From a virus, in the IMG/VR virus record IMGVR_UViG_3300017613_000561, positions 28,448-92,447 of that record: DNA of 64,000 nt; one strand, given 5' to 3'. The stretch's first letter is position 1. Each line of letters begins with the position of its first letter. Below the pieces are notes generated by a model. It made no database searches, was not told the DNA's origin, and saw only the letters and a list, made by a program, of their open reading frames with translations. Both the position numbers and the translations under genes were made by a program. This document shows, in pieces, positions 29,175 to 37,280 of this stretch.

Positions 29175-29459
29175 CGCAAGAAGTAAGCAGTGATGGATAA
29201 GAAAGAAAGTAAAGAAGGCTGTTAAGCATGTAGATCCCCCTAAGGGTTCAGGTTGGGGAACCACGTTTGATATGAAAGAGGCTATGGCTAAGGGGTATAT
29301 CGGGGAGGTAGTCGTGATGCCCAGGAAAATAGTGAATGTCTACCGTACCTTACGAGGACGAAAGACTATTGGTCCGGCGACCATGTTTTACTACGGGGAG
29401 ATAGATGACTATCTCAGGGACAAGTTTCAGATAGTGAGCACTTAAGTGCAGTGGGGATC

Positions 29460-29747
29460 ATGACTAAGTTAATGAAGATAATTGTAGCGGCCAAGGCGAA
29501 CAAGCCAGCCATGGGGGAGGAGTGCAACCACTGTGGTTGGTGTTGTATGTCAGAGGTATGTTACTTGGGGCAGGAGGCTACCGGGTCAGAGACCATTCCC
29601 TGCGAACTCCTGGAGATGAAGGAAGGCAAGTATTACTGCTCTCTTGCAGACACAGATGAGGCGAAGGAACGGCTTGGTATAGGTAAAGGTTGTTGCGCCA
29701 AGACCCAGGAAGAAGCCATGGCTGAGTTCTATGATTGCAGCGAATGA
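29460..29747 (+). CDS. Cys-rich metal-binding protein
   Basis: CNHCGWCC..C..C..C..GCCA. Confidence 0.6.
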   Translation: MTKLMKIIVAAKANKPAMGEECNHCGWCCMSEVCYLGQEATGSETIPCELLEMKEGKYYCSLADTDEAKERLGIGKGCCAKTQEEAMAEFYDCSE

Positions 29748-29756
29748 AAATAACAT

Positions 29757-29784
29757 TTGACAAACCCAGTACATTTGCTATAGT
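29757..29784 (+). promoter_or_regulatory. sigma70-type promoter
   Basis: TTGACA-N16-TATAGT, near-identical to the 3314 promoter; AAGCTAGGAGC at 29810. Confidence 0.8.
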
Positions 29785-29825
29785 TAAGTCATAGATTAAT
29801 AAAACATCCAAGCTAGGAGCATAAG

Positions 29826-30035
29826 ATGGCTAAGCAGAATTGGTTCCCCACATTGAACGAAGCCCTTGAGTCGGAAGATCTGATGGATTCCTGGGACTGC
29901 TACAACCCGCCCATCCATTATGGTGAGACCTGCGATTACAGACATGATGACGGCACTAAGTATGGTCGGCATGTTTCCATTTATCGAAATGAGCGCGGCA
30001 TGTATGAGCGGCCTGTTCATTACAGCTGCAACTAG
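29826..30035 (+). CDS. Small phage protein
   Basis: WFPTLNEALESE...SIYRNERGMYERPVHY; follows cassette RBS. Confidence 0.7.
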   Translation: MAKQNWFPTLNEALESEDLMDSWDCYNPPIHYGETCDYRHDDGTKYGRHVSIYRNERGMYERPVHYSCN

Positions 30036-30044
30036 GAGAATATC

Positions 30045-30317
30045 ATGAGCCCACAGAAGACAATGCACACCGCCTCTTTCATAGACCTGTTGGGTGTCTA
30101 CTCGTCAGGTGCTACCAATGTAGATCTGGCCCAACGGCTTGTTTCCTTAGGGGATGTCCCTAAATTGCTTGACTATCTTGGCACGGTTGCTGGGATCAGA
30201 TCAGCAGAGGTGTACAAGCACTTTGGTTTGGACGTTGAGATGTCGGTGCTGATAACCATACTGGGCCAGGAGAACTGGTGGAAGCGTCTTACAGGTGCAA
30301 CTAGGGGTGGAGCATGA
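30045..30317 (+). CDS. Hypothetical protein
   Basis: AGGAG RBS, 90 aa. Confidence 0.55.
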   Translation: MSPQKTMHTASFIDLLGVYSSGATNVDLAQRLVSLGDVPKLLDYLGTVAGIRSAEVYKHFGLDVEMSVLITILGQENWWKRLTGATRGGA

Positions 30318-30512
30318 AAGTTATGAGGAGAAGGTGTAATGGAAGAAGAAGTTCAAAAGTTGATAGATATAGCTGGGTATTGGGCGGAACACCCGGACTA
30401 CTCCGTAGACGACTGGCAGTATGAGGTTGCCAACGGGGACACCAGACAAGGTTACTGGTGGTGGGTAGCGGCCCAGTTGGGCGTAATTGAACTGTAAGCT
30501 AGGAGCGGGATC

Positions 30513-30842
30513 ATGTGTAAATTTAAGTTTGACAGAGAGACCAGAAGTGGGACCTATGATATGGATCTCCAGGTTTCATGTCTGATTGATGATGAAGGTA
30601 TGTATGAAGATGTACCTGCCAAGAATGTTGCAATCACATTAGAGTTTGACTTTGTGATCGGAAGGCCTGCCAAGACAGATGGACCACCTGAGAGGTGCTA
30701 CCCTGCTGAGGACTTTGAGTTGACGATCACGGATGTTACGTGTGCAGAGACCATGCATCAGGAATTGGCAGATGCCATGATTGAATCCCAGCGCGACAAG
30801 CTGGAGGAGTATCTGTCAGAAAAAGTACAGGAGAATTACTGA
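30513..30842 (+). CDS. Hypothetical acidic protein
   Basis: AAGCTAGGAGC RBS; GPPERCYPAE motif. Confidence 0.6.
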   Translation: MCKFKFDRETRSGTYDMDLQVSCLIDDEGMYEDVPAKNVAITLEFDFVIGRPAKTDGPPERCYPAEDFELTITDVTCAETMHQELADAMIESQRDKLEEYLSEKVQENY

Positions 30843-31164
30843 TGGGCGTACCGACAGAAAAGATCAGGAACAGGTTGGCAGACATAGAGTATGCCCTCAG
30901 GTACCTGGAGACCTCAGCCAACACGTATGTACTGACAGAGGAGCAGTTTGAGTATATGGAGGCCTTGGGCAATCGTATACATGCAGTAGTGCGACAGGTA
31001 CGGGCATCCAGGGGGGGCCATGATTAGGAACTGGGTAGCGTCCATCTACAGGGGTGGGTTCTCATACAGGAGACCCCTGAGGAACATGACATATGACTAC
31101 GCCTGTAGTGTGATGCGGTGCTGCCCCCCTGGATACATCTGGATAATAGTACCGGAGGAAGAAG

Positions 31165-31371
31165 ATGAGCGAAGAAACCATAGAACTTGATTTGGAGTAT
31201 GTGAACCAGACAGATGAGGCGTATCTGGTAAAAGACGCTGACGATAAAAAGCATTGGTTGCCTAAGTCCGTGGTTGAGGTGGAGGATGCCATAAACATGG
31301 ATCTGGACAAGGGAGAGGGCTACATGTTTCTGATGCCCGGGTGGTTGGCCTGGAAAGAAGGGTTGATATGA
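31165..31371 (+). CDS. Small phage protein
   Basis: TDEAYLV..WLPKS..MPGWLA..EGLI motif. Confidence 0.65.
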   Translation: MSEETIELDLEYVNQTDEAYLVKDADDKKHWLPKSVVEVEDAINMDLDKGEGYMFLMPGWLAWKEGLI

Positions 31372-32004
31372 GCACTAAAGGTGACAGCCATCAGCTTGAC
31401 GACTACACATCTTTTTTGATGCCCATAATGGTTAAGGAAGGACGCATGCATATGTGGCACAGCATCTGTAGTATACATAGAAGCCATGTTGATACCTGCC
31501 CTGTATGCAAGACCGGATTCTGGGCCGAGATAGTGTACCCAGAAGAAAAAACAAGTGTTGGTGAACATGAACCCTGAAAAGTTACTGCGGGTCTGTGCCT
31601 CATGTGAATGGGTGTTTAAGACAGGCTCGGTGGAGTGCCCCATGTGTGGGTTCGGATCGTATGGTGCCCACTATGTATATGGGCGCAAGGCTTATAAGTA
31701 TGCCCACACTCAGAAACCTTGGCGCGACAATAAGATGTTTAAATACAGCATGCACTTAAGTGCAGAGATAAGGAGAGCGTTAGATGAGCAAAAAACGAAA
31801 GAAAGAACCGCCAGTGCAGGAGTACAAGGAGCGGTACATTTGTCGTTGTAACAAGGTGTATCGGGTGAAGCTTAAGCCAACAGATTATTATGCGATCCAC
31901 CATGGAAGTTTTACGTCAGTACAGGATGCCAAAGATTTTGTGGATGAGCGGCAACGCCAGCTGTCCATGAGTAAGGCAGAGGCTAATCGGTTGAGGGTCA
32001 TACA

Positions 32005-32373
32005 ATGATTGAAGTAAAAGATAATGCCCAAGTTGTAAAGTTAACGGTCATGATGACCAACCTGCAACGCAGGGTAAGTAATATAGAGAAGGTGTTGTCT
32101 CAGCCGGGACCAGGACCAAAGCTTGACCCGATACCCATGATTACGCCCCTGTCCAGCACCGCAGCCCTTATGAAGGAAGTCACCCTATACAAAGAGGCTC
32201 TGATTACCATACGTGGGCTAGGGAGTGTGTGTAAGGAGTTTGCTACCTGTAAGCATGAGCCCTGTAAGGACTCGGCAGCAGCTTGTCTAGTAGCTACAGA
32301 AGCTCTGGAGCAGGGGGAGCGGGTAGATCCTTTCATGTCTGATATATCCAATGTATTTATAGGAGGAGAGTGA
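32005..32373 (+). CDS. Hypothetical protein
   Basis: 122-aa ORF coupled to neighbours. Confidence 0.5.
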   Translation: MIEVKDNAQVVKLTVMMTNLQRRVSNIEKVLSQPGPGPKLDPIPMITPLSSTAALMKEVTLYKEALITIRGLGSVCKEFATCKHEPCKDSAAACLVATEALEQGERVDPFMSDISNVFIGGE

Positions 32374-32374
32374 T

Positions 32375-32866
32375 ATGTCAACTAATGATGTGCCGGGGGC
32401 AAACCCCATACATAACGATGTTCTGGCTATGGGTTGCTGGGCGGAACATGATGATGGTTCCTTGATATATGTTCAGTCTGCTGAGGGTGGGCGGATCGTA
32501 TATCAAATGTTCGATCTGTCAGAAGATCCTATTGTTGAGTATAGAGATGCTATGCCGGAGCAAGGCTTTAAGAAAACCTTTTCCTGGGATGCTTCTGATC
32601 CTGATTCTGAGAAATGGACTTGGCATGACAAGACTCCGTTTCCATGGGGTAGGGTTATTCAGCATGGAGCCAAAGACGGTGTGCACCATGCGTCTGCCCA
32701 TGACCTGCTCAGTGCTGCTGCCCGGGTAGCCACTTCTCTTAAGACTAAGGGTCGTGAGTACAAGAAGGGGATAGACGATCACATGATGGACATTAAAGCC
32801 AAGGGACCAGTGAGGAATCGGATCATTGACAAGGTACAGAGCGCGATAGACAGAATGAGGGCTTAG
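32375..32866 (+). CDS. Hypothetical protein
   Basis: 163-aa ORF, AGGAG RBS, WTWHDKTPFPW motif. Confidence 0.7.
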   Translation: MSTNDVPGANPIHNDVLAMGCWAEHDDGSLIYVQSAEGGRIVYQMFDLSEDPIVEYRDAMPEQGFKKTFSWDASDPDSEKWTWHDKTPFPWGRVIQHGAKDGVHHASAHDLLSAAARVATSLKTKGREYKKGIDDHMMDIKAKGPVRNRIIDKVQSAIDRMRA

Positions 32867-32867
32867 T

Positions 32868-33191
32868 ATGTCTGAGGTTATTGAACGGGAATGTGATAGG
32901 TATGCTGGTAGGGTGCGTACTGATATGCATTGTCATGATTGCAGTAAAGATTTTATTGGGGTGATTGACTTTGATGTTAATGGCAATCATGAATTGATCT
33001 GTCCTCATTGTGGTCATGTACATTGCAGGGTAGTTACTGATGGAAGAATAACCGGCGAGCGGTGGGATTCCAGGCACGGTAATAAAGAGATCTGCCGTAC
33101 AGAAAGGATATGGACTCATAACACTGTTAGGGCTCAGACCAGTTCAGCTGCTCATTTTCTTAGAGACCGTTGGCTAAATAGGAGTGATTGA
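32868..33191 (+). CDS. Zinc-ribbon protein
   Basis: CHDC...CPHCGHVHC. Confidence 0.65.
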   Translation: MSEVIERECDRYAGRVRTDMHCHDCSKDFIGVIDFDVNGNHELICPHCGHVHCRVVTDGRITGERWDSRHGNKEICRTERIWTHNTVRAQTSSAAHFLRDRWLNRSD

Positions 33192-33814
33192 TGGCAGCTT
33201 GGACTGATCAATATTTTACTGATACAGGTGGTACATCTACTTATGAAACTGTGTATGTAACCACTAGCAGTACTGGAACGGCAACAGCTTCGACTACATT
33301 TCCAGATACAGCTCCGGTTAGGGTGGTTAGAAGTGTTGAGTATCAGGAAGTACCAGTAAAGGCTGGAAGGCGTAAGGTAGAGAGGGGGACTACTTTGGAA
33401 CTGCCTGATGGATCTGTATTGCATGTAGACCACAGCGGTAACTTTGAGGTGTTGGGCCACAATGCCAAGATAACATACAAGGGCAATCAGATACGTGAAT
33501 TTAATAAGTATATCAATGCCAGCGATCTGCTTGAAGCCTTCATTGATGATCTTGGGCAGGCTGGGGTAAAGCAGGGAGAAGTATTGGCAGTACCCATAGA
33601 GATGTTCATCAATTGGTTGATACATAAGGCAGCTGAACAGGATGGAGATCCGGTACCCAGAGGGGTGCCCTTGTTGGAGGCAGATGCCCATAAGAAGCAG
33701 CATCCAAGGTGTAAGTGTTGCGGCCGGTTCATAAAAAAAGTCCTGGCTAACGATGGGATGATGTTTTGTAATGGCGAGCATTATCAGCAACAGTTAGCAA
33801 AGGTAGGTGCGTAA
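33191..33814 (+). CDS. Hypothetical protein with C-terminal Zn finger
   Basis: Thr-rich N-terminus; CKCCGRF..FCNGEH. Confidence 0.65.
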   Translation: MAAWTDQYFTDTGGTSTYETVYVTTSSTGTATASTTFPDTAPVRVVRSVEYQEVPVKAGRRKVERGTTLELPDGSVLHVDHSGNFEVLGHNAKITYKGNQIREFNKYINASDLLEAFIDDLGQAGVKQGEVLAVPIEMFINWLIHKAAEQDGDPVPRGVPLLEADAHKKQHPRCKCCGRFIKKVLANDGMMFCNGEHYQQQLAKVGA

Positions 33815-34182
33815 TGCGATGGGTACTGTTTATAGTATTGATGTCGGTTTCTTCATGGGCGTGGGCAGGGCATAAGCATACGGAAGATTGGTATGTACAA
33901 AAGTGGTGTCCTAAGAAGGGTGGAGTTATAGAGTATCGACTGCCTAATAGTACAAGGGTAGATTGTCTTACAGAACATAATGCCATTGAGTTCGATTTTG
34001 TAAGAAAGTTTTATGAAGCTGTGGGGCAGTCTTTGTTCTATGCCATGTTTACCGGTAGGAGGGCCATGATTGCTTTGATAATAGAAGATGATGAAAAGGA
34101 CCTGAAGTATTACCGCAGGGCTTGGGCCTTGATTGATCACTATGGTTTACCGATAGATGTTTGGCCTGTACGTGAAGAATAA
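33814..34182 (+). CDS. Signal-peptide-bearing restriction-endonuclease-fold protein
   Basis: MRWVLFIVLMSVSSWAWA signal-like N-terminus; RVDCLT..AIEFD..EAVGQSLFY. Confidence 0.55.
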   Translation: MRWVLFIVLMSVSSWAWAGHKHTEDWYVQKWCPKKGGVIEYRLPNSTRVDCLTEHNAIEFDFVRKFYEAVGQSLFYAMFTGRRAMIALIIEDDEKDLKYYRRAWALIDHYGLPIDVWPVREE

Positions 34183-34438
34183 CATTAATAACGGGGTAGT
34201 AGTATGTATAGCGCGAGGAGGCTAGAGCAGAACCGGGATAGGTTCTACAGATATATAGAGCGGTTGTTGGATTTGGCTAGGGCAGGTGATCCAGAAGCAC
34301 AAGAAAGATTGGGGCTACCGGTAGAGCTTAGGCACTATTCAGATTTGTATGTACCAAATGGGAAGGTGGTAGATGATGCTGGAGAATAGAATAGGAAGGT
34401 TTCCTGACATTATTTCAGGGAAATAATGTAAATACTAT

Positions 34439-34467
34439 TTGACAAACGTAGTTACAATTGTTATAGT
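34439..34467 (+). promoter_or_regulatory. sigma70-type promoter with upstream perfect inverted repeat
   Basis: TTGACA-N17-TATAGT; ACATTATTTC-agg-GAAATAATGT at 34407-34429. Confidence 0.8.
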
Positions 34468-34894
34468 TATAGTAAGTTAAATATTTATCCAAGACCCATG
34501 AGGGGCACACCATGTTAGAAATTATCTTAGCTGCAATTACCATCCTAGTGGCACCTGTGGCGATTGCAGCCATTATACAGTTTGAGATGAATATGAGTGA
34601 TGTGGTTTATTTGGACCCAGAAACAGATGTGGAGACTCGTAGCACTAGAGTCTTTGGTATTGAGTTGGAAGTTAAGCAATAGGAGGCGGGATGAGCAAGT
34701 TAGGATTGGTAGTTGTAATCATGTACGGAACCCTGCTTCTGTTGGGTTTGGGAGTTTTGATATTGGATCTTAGAGGTATGGGCGTAGTGTGTGGCCTATT
34801 AGGTGGCTGGGGTAGTACCATGCTAGTTACTTACCTGTACCTGCGGCGCTATTCAGTCAGGAGAAATCCGTATTTTTAATCCAGGAGGGGCAAG

Positions 34895-35323
34895 ATGGGA
34901 TCAGCAAGTAACAAATCATATGTAACAGTAGAACAGCATATCTGCCCAGTCTGTGGGGTGGAGCATGACTCGGGAGCAATACTGATGGACCGTAGGATGC
35001 GAGATAGGTTTGAGCACACCACACTTACGGGCTATTCGCTGTGCGATGTACATCAGAAGCAGAATGACGAAGGCTATGTATTCCTGATAGGCGCAATTCC
35101 TAAGGGTGTGCACAGTGACAGAAAGTCCAATTTCAAAGAAGATGATGTGACCCGCACCGGGGAGTTGGTGTCCATCAAAAGGCATGTTGCTGAGCAGCTG
35201 TTTAATTGTGAGGTAGCACCTATGATGTACGTTGAACCGGCAGCAGTTAAGAAGATTCAAGAAATCTGTACCGCACACGGCATAGATCCAAACCTGGAGG
35301 GTGATGATGGCAACGAAACGTAA
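34895..35323 (+). CDS. Hypothetical phage protein
   Basis: KSYVTVEQHICPVCGVEHDSGAILMDRR motif. Confidence 0.7.
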   Translation: MGSASNKSYVTVEQHICPVCGVEHDSGAILMDRRMRDRFEHTTLTGYSLCDVHQKQNDEGYVFLIGAIPKGVHSDRKSNFKEDDVTRTGELVSIKRHVAEQLFNCEVAPMMYVEPAAVKKIQEICTAHGIDPNLEGDDGNET

Positions 35324-35555
35324 GATCAGAAAACGCAGTAGGGTGAAAAAGAGGAAGGAGGCATGGCAGATAGCCTTCGATAAGGTGCTTGATGCTTTGT
35401 GGGAGAGAGATTATGAGATAGCCTACATAGCAGAGCAAGCTGGGGTAGCCCCCAGTACTCTACGTAACTGGATGATAGGTGCAACGTATGCTCCACGTCT
35501 GGTCACCATAGGTAAGGTGCTGCCGGTGCTTGGCCTGACCATCAGTGTTGAGTAG
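35301..35555 (+). CDS. XRE-like HTH protein
   Basis: IAEQAGVAPSTLRNW..G..P.L.TI.KV. Confidence 0.7.
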   Translation: MMMATKRKIRKRSRVKKRKEAWQIAFDKVLDALWERDYEIAYIAEQAGVAPSTLRNWMIGATYAPRLVTIGKVLPVLGLTISVE

Positions 35556-35786
35556 GCTATGGCAGTCACCATTGTGCGGGGCCTCCCCGCAGTAGAACAA
35601 AATGAGGAGGTTATGGTGTTGGTGTGCAAGGCCTGGGATAAGAATGTAGACTTCAGTTCTTACGCCCGGGGCCTTGCTCTCTTGTCACTTACGACTACAG
35701 AAAAACAAGAGTTGCTTTGGTTAGCCAAGGTGTGGAGTTACAAGTTCTGTTTGTAGAAAGTATGCACTTAAGTGCGAGGAGAAGGA

Positions 35787-36176
35787 ATGAAGCGGCCTCA
35801 TCGTCTGGACAATACGACCTATAAGATTCGCCCACCTGTTATTGATGAGTCGGTATACATTACTGTATGCGACTATCATGGCAGACCGGTGGAACTATTC
35901 ATCAACAGCAAGAACATGCAGTCCTTCCACTGGATCAGCTACCTGACCCGTTCTGTGAGCCATCGCCTGCAGGAAGGTGAATGTGTAGACAAGATCATCC
36001 AGGAAATGAGGGATACCTATGATACCAAAGGTGGGTATATAATCCCTAAGTCCAAGGGTATCAGGGCCAACAGCGTGGTAGATCATATAGGTCATGTGCT
36101 GGCGCTGCACATGGTAAGACTGGCAAGAAAGAAGGAGTCCAAGCGTGTCGAAACTGATGTACAGCGAGAGCCATAG
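35787..36176 (+). CDS. Stand-alone TSCPD-like domain (as found C-terminal in class II ribonucleotide reductases)
   Basis: TYKIR..YITV..GRPVELFINSK..LTRSVS..S..DHIG. Confidence 0.6.
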   Translation: MKRPHRLDNTTYKIRPPVIDESVYITVCDYHGRPVELFINSKNMQSFHWISYLTRSVSHRLQEGECVDKIIQEMRDTYDTKGGYIIPKSKGIRANSVVDHIGHVLALHMVRLARKKESKRVETDVQREP

Positions 36177-36365
36177 TCTTCTTTGTAGGGTTGACACGGA
36201 TGGCGCATACCGTGTCATCAACGGGGGTTGGGAGGGCAAGAGGGATGGGGATCGGTTTGTTATACAGCATACGAAAAAGGTGCTGACGATAACTGATTGG
36301 GTCGAGTATTCAAGATCACAGTTTAAGAAGAAGTACCCGGCTTTCGGGTACTAGGAGGAACAAGC

Positions 36366-36962
36366 ATGAAGAACCAACAGTATGTAGAGGCGTCAGCCAG
36401 AACAGAACCTGCCATGCCTGAGGGCATGCATATAGAGGCTCAGACTGCCAGAATATCCCATGCCATTCTGGGCATTGTGGGTGAGGCCGGTGAGGTACTG
36501 GATTGGTTGCGGGACGGGCCGATCAACATGTCCGTGGATGTAATACTGGAACTCAAAGAGGAGATGGGCGACATATATTGGTATCTGGCGGTGTATAGTC
36601 GGGTCAGGTGTAAGCCCTTGGATGCTCTGGTGGATTGTGGTGAGTGTATCTATGATGAAGAAACAGCTACGGAAGCCAGTGTGGGCCTGATGTTGAAAGC
36701 TACCAATATCATGGACTACTGGAAGAAGTGTCTGTTTTACGGGAAGGAGAAGGACTTTGTGTTGCTGGACTGTATGTTTGGTGAGTACATTCGGGCATTA
36801 CGCAGAGTAATGACCTGTTGTGGTTTCATAGAAGAGCAGATCCTGCAGATGAACTACGACAAGTTGAAGGCCCGGTACCCAGATGGGTTCTCAGAGGATA
36901 ACGCCATCAACCGGGATAAGGGGGCTGAAAAGGAGGCCATGGCAGAGAGTACAGTATCATGA
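36366..36962 (+). CDS. MazG-like nucleoside triphosphate pyrophosphohydrolase
   Basis: LGIVGEAGEV..EEMGDIYWY..NYDKLKARYPDGFS. Confidence 0.85.
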   Translation: MKNQQYVEASARTEPAMPEGMHIEAQTARISHAILGIVGEAGEVLDWLRDGPINMSVDVILELKEEMGDIYWYLAVYSRVRCKPLDALVDCGECIYDEETATEASVGLMLKATNIMDYWKKCLFYGKEKDFVLLDCMFGEYIRALRRVMTCCGFIEEQILQMNYDKLKARYPDGFSEDNAINRDKGAEKEAMAESTVS

Positions 36963-37210
36963 GTGACATGCTCAAAGTCAGGATGTTTGACCAGCCCAGT
37001 GATGCCCCCACCTACAGGCCCCCGGAGTATGAGGCTGTCACGTTGAAGTCAGTCAATGTTGTGGGGAACGGGACGACAGATGGGAACCCCACTGTAGATC
37101 TGATCTTGATAGATGATAGAGGTCAGAAGTATGTGGCCTTGGTAAAGGGCTCGTTCATTGAGGCCGTGGGTGGGGCGGTATCTGGTAAACGCAAGAAGAG
37201 TAAGCACTAA
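36959..37210 (+). CDS. Small hypothetical protein
   Basis: GTTDGNPTVDL..GQKYVA motif; ATGA-coupled to the MazG gene. Confidence 0.6.
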   Translation: MSDMLKVRMFDQPSDAPTYRPPEYEAVTLKSVNVVGNGTTDGNPTVDLILIDDRGQKYVALVKGSFIEAVGGAVSGKRKKSKH

Positions 37211-37217
37211 ATAACAT

Positions 37218-37245
37218 TTGACAAACCCAGTATATCTGGTATAGT
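37218..37245 (+). promoter_or_regulatory. sigma70-type promoter for the PPDK-like gene
   Basis: TTGACA-N16-TATAGT. Confidence 0.75.
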
Positions 37246-37280
37246 TATTGTATAGTTTATGAAATCTCAAGGAGGGACAC

